From assembly GCA_002269645.1 (NCBI GenBank), contig NIVC01001022.1:186001-250000 (forward strand): 64,000 nt of DNA. Direction: 5' to 3'. The position numbers and the translations under genes were made by a program. The DNA comes from Macrostomum lignano. Its lineage: Eukaryota. Shown here one piece after another: positions 26,201 to 39,972 of this stretch. The notes beneath the pieces were generated by a model. The model did not search any database, was not told the DNA's origin, and saw only the letters and a list, made by a program, of their open reading frames with translations. Position 1 is the first letter of the stretch, and every line of letters starts with the position of its first letter.

Positions 26201-29200
26201 AAAAAAGTATAGTAAAAAATTTTCTTTGGTTTAATCCCAGCTTGCCTCAGTTTTTTAGTCTTAATACGAGCTAGATAGTAAGTGTTGATTAATTTGCTCC
26301 ATCACCTTTTGCCACGGAAACAGCACATGTCGGACATGCAACACTCTTCCTGATCCCTGGATTCAAGATGACTGCTTCTGCTTCTTCAATGCTTGAAAAC
26401 TGAGCTCATGGAGCTTTAGGTTATGCTGTCAGAGTGCTGCTGCCGGTGCTGTGTGTGTATGTGTGTGTCTTCTGCGGGTAGGTTCCCTGTCCCTCAGTTT
26501 AGCCACTGTTGTGGGCTAACTGGAGGAATTGCCGTTGTCGGTGCTGCAGGTGGCACTGCATGGTAGTATTGACGCTGTCAGTGACGCTGGCAAAGGCTTG
26601 GACGAAGCTAGGTGCCGTCATTGTCAGGAGGACATGCGTGTGCTGCTTAGACCAGTGCGCACATTCGACTGGACTCGTATCTGGTGCAGTCTGGTGTATT
26701 CACTGAGATTGTGTGGATCTGCCTCCTCGCATCACCTCAACCAGGCTCAATTTCTTTTGTAGAATTTTCGTGCGCTGCTTAACTGCATCTTGTGCCTGCT
26801 GAGTGATGCCAAGAATTGTGCCACACAATAATTTGGCCCAGAAACTACTCGTATATTATACATATGTATGCACAGCACACACACACGCTGCGCGCACTCG
26901 TGCATAGACCATTTAAGCACGCAAAATCGATGTATGAATCCTACATTAAACGTACTAGTTAATGGAATTCTCATCTCATGAGCTCTAGTCTATGGACAAA
27001 CCTGAAATTACTAGAATATCTAGACAGATCTAAACTTCTTTGAGCAGCGCGCTGCGCTGCGAGCAAATACATGTAGATTCCTTAGCGCAACTAATTAATA
27101 GTGTAGTACAGTCTACAGCCTGAAGTAGCCTGTGTAAGATGCGGAGGGATGATTTTTGCATAGGAAGCCACTACGGTAAGGTTGATGGAACTATGGGGAG
27201 GTGAGAGATTCAAAGCGAGGGACGGAAGCCATGCATAGTTCGATCATAAGTTTGATTATTGCATGAGTCTGGGGATGCATTAACGAGAGGCAGACGAGAG
27301 CATAGAAATAAAGCGGGCTAAATATATTAATACACAAAATTACATGTACTAGCTAGTAATTTCAGAATGGTCAGCGACTCCTCCGATTTGTATCCGCGAC
27401 CGCGTGCCCACAAATCCCCCGGCAGACCCTGTCGCAGTTGGTGGTTGTGCACAGAATACAATGTTAATTTTCGAGCTTCTCTGCAAAAAATGCGTGATGC
27501 ACTCAAGATGTGTGCTATAGTCTACTTCTTTGATTGATGGCTGGGTTTTGCCTTTTCGCTTGTGATCATCAAAAGCTTGGGCGTCATTGCTACTGGTGTT
27601 TCAGTGTGCGCATTATGTCTGGTTATCATATTATGTGCATGTGCAGTGTCTTTTACCTACATTTTTGTTTGTCTCTGTTTCCTGCATGCTCTTTCGCATT
27701 TTTACACCTCGCACATCCTCATTTTTCTCAATTAACAAGTGAAATCTTTTCTTAAAGACTAATTGCTATTTTAGTTAAGCTAGTAGGTTTTTGGTATTTA
27801 AATAATTCAATTTTGTCTATTTTCCAAAAAGTTTCAAAAAATGAATTAATTAAAATAAATTTGAATTATTTTAGGTTAATTGGAGTAAAATGTCTAATAA
27901 GTAACTATGATTTTTTATTTTAAGTACATGTAGCTTTGGTATAAGTATTAATGTAATGAGTACTTAAAGTAAAATCAAGCAAGTTATAGTTTTCAGAAAT
28001 TATGCTACAAATAATCAAATATATACTAGTATCTGAATTCCTTTATTAAGGAACATGCAGTCGATATTAAATCCACAATGTGCTTTTTGGTGTTCAAGGA
28101 TAGTTCCCTGACTTTTTCTATTATTAGTTAGATTTTATTATATTTAATGTAAAAATGAACAATTCTATTCAAGGTAAAAATGAACATTCTTTATTTGTCG
28201 AATCATCTTGCCTTTGAAAAGATACATAGTGAAAACTTGATTTTTAATTCAACCTTTCAAGACTTATTTAGACTTCTCAATTCAGTGATTAGTTAAACTG
28301 ATCGAAGTTCTTTCGAGTGCATGCTATAATAATTTCGCACTTTTTCGCACACGATAATTTTAAATGTCTGGGATTTGGAGCAGAGTAACAAAATGCTGTG
28401 CTCAAAAACATTTCCTTTGTCAATTTCTTGTTCTTTTATTTTTGCAAAAGAAATTTAACTGCATATTTAAAATAAAAATGGAAGAAAATTTTATTTTCTC
28501 TTTAATATTTTTGTCGTTTATTTTCCGCAACAAAGAATAACAAATAGCCTTGATTTCTTCTCAATTTCAAGTTTTCTTGTGGTTTTAGTAGCAGCTTCTT
28601 ACAGAAATTGTCAAAAGAATTTTTTTGTACGATTATTGGTCGATGTATAAACTTTTTTTGTAATAACAAAAAGTTGTGACCTAGCTTTGAGAACGACCCC
28701 CTAGCTCCGTCCCAAGCCATCCACTCTAAAAAAATGCAAGCCATCAACGCAGTCCGAAAAAGGACGAAAAATTGCGACTGATTAATCGTCTGCTGGAGGC
28801 TCCCTACGTCTATCCCTCTGCCCCTCCTCAGTTTTTACTCCTCGGACCAGCAAGCCCTGCCCCTCCAGTTCTGTGCCTTTAACTGAAACGGAAGCGGCCG
28901 CTTCATCACAGGCCGGTACACAGGAGAGGAATAACTGCATGAAGCAAAATGGAAATATAGCATACGTATACAAAATATATGTTAATCAATGTATAAGCCT
29001 ATAATATATTTATGGCACAATTGCGTACGTGCATTAGCTAGTGTACCTGTGCAGAGAAAAACAGTTTTTTTACCAAATTGGTCACTAAAGCTTTCTTTTT
29101 ATGATCACTGCCGTTGATCATGCGCTTGCACGCCGAGCTGTTCTGGTTGCCGAGCTGCAGGAGTATAGAGAGTATTAGCTAGGATAATTAAAATGGCTAT

Positions 29201-29976
29201 TTCTAGCAATCATCATCAATAGCAAAGCGTTCTGATAATCGTGGCAAATTTCACTTTGCTAAGCCTTTTATTAGACGGTCTCGCACTGGCATAGCCTAGC
29301 CTACGAGTATTCACCTGCTTTATTGAATCAAGCTTTGTCATCAAAGTGACATGGCTATATTATCGGGAAGAAGCTAAATCCAAACATTCTGCCCGTCATT
29401 AGAGTTGTTTTCTGCACGTCCATATACTAAATCTTAGCTAAATTTAGCAGGGCTTTTTTCACTTAAGTAACTATTGTAAGTCCATAGCAGTTTAGAAGAG
29501 GAAGTTGAATAAGGGTTAAATAGTACTGCAGGAAAACTATATTTATGTAATACAAGGAAACGGCAAAATAGCACTTTCAGGTGTACATGTATAAATCAAC
29601 TCTACTGGTAACATACTCGTAGCCCCAACCCTACTCTGAAACACTGGATTTTTTCAAACAATGTCTACGAGCCGACTGCATGCTCTTGTCCTCACGTTAG
29701 ATGATAGCCAACTTTATTAGTTTTGCGTGGGCAGGAATCGATAAGTCTGTTGACTAAGCAAAACTCGCCAATAGTATTGCTAGGAACTTGCGACACGTCA
29801 GGTGTCTATGCTACGGAGAGACACTATTCCCTACTTATTTATTAAGATATTCTTTCCTACACGCAGCTACTTAATAAAAAACCTGCCCGGTCACCTCGCA
29901 GGTCTGCTTTTATCTAAGATGTTTTTATATTTTTTATAGGAATATTATTCCACACCCCGTAACCCCTCGAACGCAG

Positions 29977-30539
29977 CGAACGCTTGACCTCTCGACCATG
30001 GTACCGGAAGACCGACTCAAACGAAAGAAACGCCGCCGCCTCCGTGGCCTACCGAGCCCTCATGACCATCACATTGCGCAAGCCAAATAGCACCGAATAT
30101 CGCGATTTTAGCGATAAAGTCAAAGCAGCAGCTAAGCAGAATTATAGTTTCGAATATCCGGAAGAGGAAGTGAATAGTTTTGTCGGTGCATTCCATGACG
30201 CTGTACTGTTGTACGCTCTGGCTATAAATGACACCCTGGCAACGCACGGTCTTGCTGGCATCTCAAACGGCTCATTGATCACCTCCCGAATGAAGAGCCG
30301 CACGTTCAAAGGCATTACTGGCACGGTAAGCATCAACGCTAATGGAGATCGGAATGCCGACTACTCGCTGCTAGACATGGACAAGAACACCAAGAACTTC
30401 ACCGTGGTGGCGCACTACTATGGTAACACTAAACGATACGAGCTAGTCAGTGGCAAAGTGATCGATTGGTTCAGCAAGGACAATTTACCGCCACCAGACG
30501 TGCCCAAGTGTGGCTTTGACAATTCACGCTGCAAGAAAG
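29977..30539 (+). CDS. NPR1-like: Receptor guanylyl cyclase constant exon 2 (C-terminal ectodomain)
   Basis: CGCAG|C acceptor (phase 2). RPWYR...FHDAVLLYALA...FKGITGTVSINANGDRNADYSLLD...PDVPKCGFDNSRC. Donor AAA G|GTGCGA. Confidence 0.93.
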
Positions 30540-30722
30540 GTGCGATTAAGGAATATTTTAGCTATAATACGTTTCTCTTAGTTGTAAAGTTGAGAAACAA
30601 ACCTGACAGTTATCAATCATTTAATGAAGTATGAATGCTTCATGGACTGAGTTAGTTTTATAAATACATTTGTTTTGAAAACAAACAGTTCAAAAAATCA
30701 CACTCCACTGAAAAATCTTCAG

Positions 30723-31435
30723 ACCTGTCCGAGATGGCCATCTATGCTGTAATCGTTCTATTAGTGCTAATATGCGTCCTATCCGTGCTGATCGGTGTCA
30801 TTTATCGGAAACTGCGCCTAGAAAGCGAGCTGCATGCCATGAACTGGCGCATCGCTTGGAGCGAGCTGGAGCCAACCGAACGACTCGCCGCGCGTCGACG
30901 CAGCATGGCTAGTCAGAGTTCGCGACTTCGCGAGCGTCCATCAGACAGCGGCGCTCAACGAACTCAAACTTTTGGAAATCACCAACAGGAGGGCGAAGAG
31001 GCCCAGCCGCTCAACCCGACGCCGAATGAGCAGCAGCAGCAGGATGAAGATCCGGCGATCGCACCCAAGGGTAGCGATGTAGTTAGCAGTAATGATTCTG
31101 TTGAGACGATCGCGGGGGTGCCATTGAGCCAGATTCCTGTGGCTCAGCTATTCGCTAAAACTGCCTATTACAAGGGCAATCTTGTAGCCTTAAAACAAAT
31201 CTACCTGAGAAACAAGCGCCTCGAGGTGAACAACAAAATTCTAATGGAGATTAAACGGGTGAAAGATCTGGCTTCGGACAACATCGTCCGATTCATTGGA
31301 GCCTGTTTAGACTCGCCGAACGAGTGCTTGGTGACTGAATATTGCCCAAAAGGTTCGCTTCAAGACATTCTTGAAAATGATAATCTCAATTTAGATTGGA
31401 TGTTCAAGTTCTCCCTGATGCTGGACATATGTCGG
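30723..31435 (+). CDS. NPR1-like: Receptor guanylyl cyclase constant exon 3 (TM helix, juxtamembrane region, start of kinase-homology domain)
   Basis: TM AIYAVIVLLVLICVLSVLIGVIY, then YRKLRLESEL..MNWRI, VALK, VTEYCPKGSLQDIL. Acceptor TTCAG|AC, donor CGG|GTGAGT. Confidence 0.95.
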
Positions 31436-31755
31436 GTGAGTCACTATGTTTAAGAACTGCAAAATTAATGGAAGTTAAAGAGAATTCGACAAATGCATTA
31501 AGCTAGAGTTAAAAGCTTTGACTGGATTCAGGAAGAACTGCTAATGGTTTTGAAAAACTCCTATTATGTCTATTTTTGTAGATTTAGTGAGCATGTGATT
31601 ATAGAACGTTTATAATCGTAATTTCAATAGCTATGGCACATTTTATTCACTAAACTTTGTTGAGCGTCGTAACGAATGTAACGTCGCTACATGTAACAGT
31701 ATCTTTGCTATCTAAACAGAATCAGCCTACTCTTCAACCAAATCTTATCCTTCAG

Positions 31756-31924
31756 GGAATGATCTATCTTCATCACAGCTTTGGATCTCATGGCAACCTA
31801 AAGTCGTCCAACTGTCTGGTTGACTCCAGATTCAGCCTAAAAATTGCCGACTTTGGCCTGCACTCGCTTCGAGGCAGCAAGGAGCTCAAAGAGCGGGACG
31901 ATTCCGATTATTCCTCGTACAGAA
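31756..31924 (+). CDS. NPR1-like: Receptor guanylyl cyclase constant exon 4 (kinase-homology domain)
   Basis: [30 protein letters not shown]; HGN replaces the catalytic HRD, as in rGC pseudokinases. Donor A|GTGAG. Confidence 0.95.
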
Positions 31925-34448
31925 GTGAGCAGCTGTGCTTTAATGATTGGTTTTTTTGAGTGGAGTCGAATTAGTTGCAAGGATAGCTCATAGTTAGGCT
32001 TTCTCTTAGACTCCACAGGCTCGTAAATGATAGTACGCACCGTTTGTTGTCAATAACCGAAATATTTCGACCACATTTAGTATAATGGCAACTATGCAGA
32101 GCTAGCCACTCATTAAACACTACAAAACAAGCATGTATTGAGATGCTAATCAGTTTTTACATACAACATCACATGCGTGAGTCGTGTTTTTGCGCCTCCC
32201 CGATCACGCCTACGATATTTAGCACAACTTCGATATACGAAGTAAAACTACGAGTATTTTCCATAGTTTCGTCCGCTTTGTACACACAGATAGCTCGCTG
32301 CAAACAGTATTAGGCAGTTTATAGTATTATAATATTTTAATATTCTAGACCTGTCTACTGGAACTTAAGAATTCCAGTCTAATTGATCATTCCCGTCAAG
32401 CGACTTTAAATCACTGATGCAAAAAAGTACATGTCAACAATCAAACTGCTAGTATAGACAGAGAGCAGATACTCTCAGAGAGGTCAATTGATTGCTTCTC
32501 GCAGACTGTCTATAAGACTAGCTTAGGCTGAGCCACGCCTGACACTCGTACGCTAATAAAGAATTCGGCGGACCGTGCAACCAGAAATGAACTGCTGCAC
32601 TTTGCGAGACCAGCAGCACTTGCTGAGGCTTATGGACTGAGGCTACAACGATCAACCTCGTTGATGAGGAATTAGCTTGGACGTTGCTAGAGAGAAACTA
32701 ATCAGAAAACTGCAGAAATTTCTCAGATTCGACATTTTATTATAAATTTTCTGACTCTAAGGGATTGATGATGGCTTTAGTCGAGAAAAGTACTTTTAAG
32801 ACGGCTGTAGTGAGGGCCGAAAATACAAGCAGGTTAAAGACTCAACGATGCAGCCATCGAAAAAGGCCAGTTTTTCTATGGCAACACAACTTTGTAAAAA
32901 TTTCTACATAAGTAAAAATTTGATTGTTAATTTGATTAAAATTAGGGAAAAATTTTTTAGAAACTTAAATAGAATATGCGGTAGACATTGGATACTAGTT
33001 TTTTTTAAAAATGACCCACAATTATAACAAAAATCGAGGCTTTTTGGCAGAGAAAATGCATCTAAGAAGAGACAGGAGGAACTGATTTTGGTTCCATTAC
33101 TCTGTCTCATGCCAGCTTTAATTTAGCTAATAAACTCATAAAGTCACTTCGAATTCTAAGCAGACACCGGAAACGAATATCGTGAACGCATTCTTGACAG
33201 CTTTAGCATAAATTAAATTCTCCACGTCCTTATATATGAGCAAAGTCCGCCATTTATACGTACTTTATTCACAAGTTTCGACAGAAAAAAACAAAAAGCA
33301 AACAACCCGGCACATATTGCATAGGTTCTGGCTGAAAATTTGTTTAACTAGCATAATGTTCTGCCTTTACCCTGAGTACACTTCGAGAGCAGCTTCAAAG
33401 TTAAGAAAGTAAGCGTCCACCAACTTTGGATATGCCAATTTTCCGATGCTTTATTAGGCCAATCCTCGTGGGAGTTTGGCTGAGTTTACTCAAACTGGCC
33501 TTAAGTTGTGACCCTGTTAAAAATTGATGAGGAGTAAGGAGTTAGGGCTATTGACTCGCTTTACTGTGACCGTACACTAGAAACGATATGTGTGGTGGCA
33601 GTATAATTAAGGTATTCATATTGCCTCTGATATCATAAGGAATTGAGAAAATTGTTTTTCAAAAACTAAAAGTATTAAATGACTGATTTCTCAGGCTCTA
33701 AACACTAAAGATTTGTTTTGCCACCTCTCGCAACGTCTATAAGATTCAAAAGAATTGATCCCACTTTTGGTCAGAAAACAAAAAAATCATTTTTCTAGCA
33801 TAAATTAACTTGCTCTGCTTTCTGCTTTGCAGGACAGTTCTACGGTAAGGCCTGCAGTAAAGATTAAAAGTTTCCAAAAATATCCATTTGACCTTCAATG
33901 GTACCCTATTCGCGTCCATATATTTCGTAAATCTTTGTTTAACACGCCCCCCTTAGGCCTTAGCTGTATATTTAAAGAGTAACAAATTTTCAACACTTTC
34001 TTCGTCCCCCTCTATGCGTTACGAGCGTTCGCAAAGCATATAGTCATGCCACAGCTAAATTAAATTTTGGCTTGTACTCGTATTTTATTTACTATATATA
34101 GTTTATCTGTTTTTGCTTTACTTTAATTAATTTTTGCACCTGATCCTCTATATACCATGCCTCGCATGTAAACCAAAATAACACCCAAAGTCAAAATAGC
34201 AATAAATTTTCTCTCCCGTGCGCCGCACTATTTTTTATTCAATTTTCTTCGTAGTCATTTAAGTATGAATAGTAAGTTTTTTTCTGGGAAAAAATTAACA
34301 TGAACATAAAATAATCTTGTGGAGAACATATTGTCGCAGATTAGTGATATGAGCTTCTAGGCAGTTATCAACAAAGCAGTTACCAAGCATTAATTTTGCA
34401 ACAATAGAATGCCAATAAGTTTTCTTTTTGCCGTCCGCACTGTCGCAG

Positions 34449-34610
34449 ACAAACTGTGGACAGCGCCCGAACTGCTGCGGAATCCGTCCACTGCGCCAGC
34501 GGAGGGCACCCGCGAGGGAGACGTGTACAGCTTTGGGATCATTGCCCAGGAGATTATCTATAGGAAGGGCGTCTTCTATATTAGCGACTACGATTTTCCG
34601 GAACCGCAGG
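34449..34610 (+). CDS. NPR1-like: Receptor guanylyl cyclase constant exon 5
   Basis: [10 protein letters not shown]...[20 protein letters not shown]|AC acceptor, G|GTAAGT donor. Confidence 0.95.
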
Positions 34611-34651
34611 GTAAGTGAGAAACTCGGTCGAATTTTTTGTCAGCGCTTATT

Positions 34652-34980
34652 TCAGCGCCGCAGGCACTCATTTTAGCGCTGCAGGCACTCATTTTGGCGC
34701 CGCAGGCACTCATTTTGGCGCCGCAGGCACTCATTTTAGCGCTGCAGGCACTCATTTTGGCGCCGCAGGCACTCATTTTAGCGCTGCAGGCACTCATTTT
34801 GGCGCCGCAGGCACTCATTTAAGCGCCGCAGGCACTCATTTTAGCGCTGCAGACGCTCATTTTAGCGCTGCAGGCACTCATTTTAGCGCTGCAGGCACTC
34901 ATTTTAGCGCCGCAGGCACTCATTTTAGCGCCGCAGACACTCATTTTAGCACCGCAGGCGCGCATTTTACCGCCGCAGGA
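34652..34980. repeat. 21-bp minisatellite, ~15 copies (GCGCCGCAGGCACTCATTTTA), followed by a hAT-like end GGCGACGCCCCTG at 35074-35086
   Basis: Read directly; 7-aa periodic ORFs; only one TIR-like end seen. Confidence 0.9.
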
Positions 34981-35415
34981 GCTATATTTTGTCACCCTGA
35001 AGCAAAATCCTTGATTTTCATAACGGATCATGAGGTTGGGTGGGGGGACAAAGTCCCCCCTGTCCCCCTTGGTGGCGACGCCCCTGACGAGGATGAAAAT
35101 ATGCGAAAAAAATTAATAATCTAAAGTAAAAGGATAGCTAATTGACCATTTCGGAAATTAAACGGGATATTTAAAATGTTTGTTTAAAAAAAGCAGTTTA
35201 GCTGCAGCAAGCTACAATAGCTACTTCATCATGTTACTTATGCTAGTAAGCATTAGCAGTCATCATTTCTCTTTTCGAAACGAATTGCTAAAACAGCATT
35301 TTTGTAAATACCCAAATTTTTTAATATTAAATTTGACCCCTTCTGCAGCGTCTGTTTGAAATAATTTTTGAAGCTTTAAAAGTCAAATTTTTACTTCAAA
35401 TTTTTTTCTGAACAG

Positions 35416-35882
35416 ACATCATCGAGAAGATCCGCCAGCCAGTTGGTTCGCAGCCGCCGTTTCGCCCGAGCCTCAGCCAGGAGCTGGTTGACCTGGACGG
35501 GGAGCGAGTCCAGGCCCTGCTAGGCATCGTGCGCAGCTGCTGGCACGAAGATCCGAATGCTCGGCCGAATTTTAACGCTGTCAAAAGTCGAATTAGCCGA
35601 TTTAATAAGGATGCCGAATCTGGTAACATTTTAGACAACCTGCTCAAACGAATGGAGCAGTACTCTAACAATCTGGAGAGCCTTGTTGCTCGGCGAACCG
35701 ACCAATACCTGGAGGAGAAGAAGAAGGCAGAGAACTTGCTCTACTGCATGCTGCCAAAGCAGGTGGCAACCACTCTGATGAAGGGTGAATCAGTCACGGC
35801 GGAGTGGTTCGACAGTGTTACGATCTATTTCTCGGATATCTGCGGATTTACGGCGCTGTCCAGTGAGAGCACACCCATGGAG
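35416..35882 (+). CDS. NPR1-like: Receptor guanylyl cyclase constant exon 6 (end of kinase-homology domain, hinge/coiled coil, cyclase start)
   Basis: PPFRP...CWHEDPNARPNF...NILDNLLKRMEQYSNNLE...VTIYFSDICGFTALSSESTPME; splice sites are phase-compatible. Confidence 0.96.
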
Positions 35883-36513
35883 GTAAGCGATTAGCACTTA
35901 GCAGCACTATCAACAGCACACTCTGATCTGCTTTTATCGAAAATGGATCTGGGATCTTTTTCGATGCTCTTCTTCTTCCCGGGTTTACTTATTGACTTCC
36001 GGGTCCCATGCATTACTCGTATCTTGGAGTTCATCCTGTTTACTGTCCGGTGAAATATCGAACCGGCTTAGCTATCAATAGTTTACGTCATAAACCCAGA
36101 AGATCTGTCTTTTAAGTAACCTATTGTGCAGCTAATAAAATTAAGCTTTAGCTCGTTGGCTAAACGTAAGTAGGTCGAACTTGTAGGATTAAGGCCGACG
36201 CATTACCACTAAACTTGGATTGTTCAGATTATTGCTTGGATTTTCGCTTTTGCGTTTATATTTACCTTTGCAGTTCTAAAACGATCTTCCATTATGTCTA
36301 ATAGACTTTTCGGCATAGCTCAAGCCTAGGAATCTCTATTCAACGGTACATGCTGGTGTAAGTCATCCCTAATAGAGACGTCAAAATAGTATTACTGAGA
36401 GGATTTTACACGACTTTCTTTGTAAAATTTCCTATTCTAGCTACCCTATGGTCGAGTGACGAACCTTTTCGACTACACCTAGCTATAGTAACTTTTTTCT
36501 ACCTCAATCCCAG

Positions 36514-36757
36514 GTGGTGAACCTACTCAACGACTTGTACACGCTGTTTGATCGCATCATCGAGCAGTACGACTGTTACAAAGTCGAAACGATCGGCGAC
36601 GCCTACATGGTCGTATCCGGCCTACCCGGCCGCAACGGCAATTTGCACGCGCGCGAGATTGCTCGGATGTCGTTGAGCTTCTTGAGGAACATATTCTCGT
36701 TTAAGATTCGGCACAAGCCCGATGCGCAACTGAAACTGCGAATTGGAGTTCACTCAG
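36514..36757 (+). CDS. NPR1-like: Receptor guanylyl cyclase constant exon 7 (catalytic domain)
   Basis: [30 protein letters not shown]...LRIGVHSG; carries the guanine-specifying Glu of KVET. Confidence 0.97.
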
Positions 36758-37619
36758 GTGAGAAAGCTTTTCAATAATACTATGGTTTGACTTACCAAGT
36801 AGATCGGAATGGTGTTTATGACTTATATCGTGCAACCGTGGAACCGAAAAAGGTCCCTTTGAAAACAGCACTGATCTCATGAGACAAGTTAGCTGAGCTT
36901 CATGCGGCTTAGCTTAGGGGTCCCTGGTGTGCAAATATTGCGCTGCAAGTTACGTCCACAGTCATTCATTGTACATCGTATCTACATGTAAATGTCTACA
37001 TGAGAGGTGCCAAGCGCCCTCTTTTCAGGGGGCGGGCCGTGCCGCCGCCCTTAAATATTGTTCTAATGGCCGGTTTGTTATACTAAGCGTCGAATTTCCT
37101 GATTGGATGAGCTCGGGATGACTAGCTTGACTCTGATTGGCTATGCTCCAGACTCCAAAACCCTCTCCACTGGGCAACCTCTCAGACCTCAGCAAACTTG
37201 ACAGGTGAGGTGATAAATAATAAAAGCCCATCTGGTGCTAAAAGTGACAGGTAGTAAGTTGAATCAAAATCGACTCACAGGTTACCCTCTAGACGTAAAG
37301 AACTTGAAAAAATTAACCTCAAGGCGAAGTACAGTCTGTCTTAGGAAGCAGTAAAGCAGATCCTAAATTAAATAATGCATAAATACCCAGAACTAGCCTA
37401 CCATGAGTAAGAGAAGACAATATGAAAAAATCTGATGCGATTCTAATGATTGAAATACTGTTTTCCTCATCAATATAACCAGCATTCAAAAATGTCTAAC
37501 AATTATGTACAAGCCTTGTGATCATAAAAATGCATTTGAGCTATAAATAAGCTATGATGAGCGGTGTAAACGAGCCCAGTCTATAGTATAGAACTTTGCG
37601 TACATCTTATACGTTAGGT

Positions 37620-37994
37620 CAGGGGGTCGGCAAACTTTTTAACCTCAAGGGTCAGATAGAGAATCTAATGCATGACTGCGGGCCATAGGAGGGAGAGAGA
37701 AGAGAGATAGAGAAAATAGAGAAGAGAGAAGATCAGAGAGATAGGGGAAAGGAGAAGCGAGGGAAGAGAAGAGATAGGAGAGATAGAGATAGAGAAGAGG
37801 AGAGGGGAAGAGAGAGTAGAGGGGAGAGGACAGGAGAAAAGAGAGAGGAGAGAAGGGAAAAGAGAAGTGGTTAAAAGAGAGAAAACAGCTGAGAAGTGAC
37901 AAACCTTAAGCAGGCCGGATTGCTATTGTGAAGTTCCAAAGGACCCGATCAGCCGTATCGAGAGGCTTCGTGGGCCTGAGTTTGCCGACCCCTG
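37620..37994. mobile_element. hAT-like MITE with AG-rich core
   Basis: Near-perfect ~15-bp TIRs CAGGGG(G)TCGGCAAAC / GTTTGCCGACCCCTG; flanks CGTTAGGT and AGTTACGT match at 6 of 8, consistent with a decayed TSD. Confidence 0.75.
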
Positions 37995-38070
37995 AGTTAC
38001 GTCATCGTATTGAAATGCCATAATTCTTATTATATGTACAAGCTGTAGCTCATGCCACTGATCCACTTAG

Positions 38071-38261
38071 GTCCCGTTTGCGCCGGAGTCGTCGGCTTAA
38101 AGATGCCTCGCTACTGCCTATTCGGCGACACGGTGAACACGGCCTCCCGGATGGAGAGCAACGGCCTGCCGCTAAAAATTCACATTAGCTCGTTGACGTA
38201 CGCCATTCTAGAGGAGATCGGCGGTTTTGTGACAACTGAACGCGGCGAAGTTGAGATGAAG
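38071..38261 (+). CDS. NPR1-like: Receptor guanylyl cyclase constant exon 8 (catalytic domain)
   Basis: [30 protein letters not shown], with the GC-specific Cys in RYCLF. Donor AAG|GTTAGT. Confidence 0.97.
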
Positions 38262-38905
38262 GTTAGTGCGAAAAAATTTGTAAAACATTTAGAGTAGTGG
38301 TCCTCGGCCCTCTGTGCATTTTATTGCAATAGTTATTCAGAGAAAGTGAATTACTACTTCGGCAAGAATATCTGAGCATATTAGATCTATTTTTTTTCCG
38401 ATTTGAATGAGATGTAAGTTTCAATACACTCTTACCATTGCATTTCCCTGGTAGCATAAAATTCGACAAAATCACATCAAATTATTCACGTTTTTACAGG
38501 TCTTTCGAAACAAACCAGCGCTTACCGAAGCAAACCTACATAGAAAAAAGAATATCAATTTTATTGATATTGATGGACATATTCAATTAGCAATATTTTA
38601 CGAGGGTATACACCAATATCTATTTGTACAAAATCATGCATGTATGCGGTGCATATAGAAAAGATGCCTTTTTGCGTTTTATTTGGTGCGACACACGCAG
38701 TGGAAACGAGCCAAGCCGAAAGACATGGTTTGCCCTAAACATGTGCAGAAAGCCAGCAACCCATTTGGTCTAAACTGCATTCTATTTGGGCTCACTGAAG
38801 ATGCACCAAGAGCAATACAATTTCATAATGCTTTCAAACAAAAACCATATAAACTAAACAGTCGAATCACAGCAAATCGGTGTCAGTATCAATGTTCATG
38901 ATTGG

Positions 38906-39972
38906 CTACAACTCTTGAAAGTGAATGTCGTCCAGATTTAGGCAGCGCTGAACGTACGTCTGTGTGTAGTTCACCCACTGCAGACGCTTTGCCGCCGTCA
39001 TGCTGCTCATCGCCAGCTGAAATTCACGCTTCGGAGTGCGCATCCTATGCTGATGCAGTGTGATGCCTTGCGCTGCAGCCTGTTGCCTGTCTGCCACCTG
39101 TACCTGAATGCCGTTTACATTCAGCCGTATCTTCAGGTCGGCCTTGAACGCACCACCTGCCATCTCTGCCAGGTTCAGATGAGGAAGGGCGAGTAGGTTG
39201 GGAGAAAATCTGTGGTGGTGGCCGGCGTGCATCCCTGGCGCATTTGAGTGTGCATGAGCACCATCAGAGAGAAGCGCGAATGGTGGATCCACCAGCTCGT
39301 CAACTTCAGAGACGATCATCCTAGAAAGTTTTCATTCTTGAATCCGCCTTCGATTACCGAAAAATGCAAAAGCCCTAGTTTCTGTGAAATGGCCAGGCAG
39401 ATGGTGAGGTTCTGGTCACATTGCCCCGCTCCGAGAGGCGTCCGAGAGCTGTCCAGAGGTTCACTTCAAAGTCGTCCATGAACAGAAGGTGCTCCTGGCT
39501 GCCCTCATCTACGTCCTAATGACCACTGCACATGCATTCGGCGAGCCTCCTTTGTCACCGGCGTGTTCCACTCAATAGGAACCTGACGCAAAAGCTTCAG
39601 GGGTTATCAACTGGCTATCCAGAGCGCGACTGAAGGCGCTGCAACGGATGTTCAGTTTCTCATTGTTGTCTTGCTGTAGGTGCGTCTTCATCTGCGCCAG
39701 TGTTGCAGCTGGGTAGCTGGACACGAACTCTCGATCAATCTGTCCATCACTGGCTGCATAAGCTTCCTTTTCTTCACTCCTCCCTTCGGCAGAGTTCCAG
39801 TTCGTCCCGTCTCCACATACGTGGTCGCAATGCTTCTCACCGACTGCTTAGCGAATCCCTGCATCCGACCAAGGGTTTTCCAGTCGTAACCGTTTTGGCA
39901 GGCGTTCACGATTCTCTCACGGTCCACCAAGCTGATTTTGGAATAAGTTTGGGCATGGCCTCTATGTGCCAT
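38906..39972 (-). pseudogene. Decayed IS630/Tc1-mariner-type DDE transposase in the last intron of the cyclase gene
   Basis: Hand translation across frameshifts: N-terminal HTH (SLVDRERIVNA...TGRTGTLPKGG), ATLAQMK..L, ITLKLLRQVPIEWNT, FMDDFEVNLWT (first Asp region), LSDGAHAH (DNAxxH-like), PHLNLAE (LNPIE-like). At least two frameshifts and an internal stop; TIRs not found. Confidence 0.75.

Noticed and set aside
26529-26762. Short ORF with CRHC motif in the large constant-region intron
   Set aside because: Non-ATG start, no recognisable domain and no convincing phase-compatible splice sites.
34409-35124. AAGTHFS / MSACGAK repeat proteins
   Set aside because: Translations of the intronic 21-bp minisatellite just after the 34610 donor.
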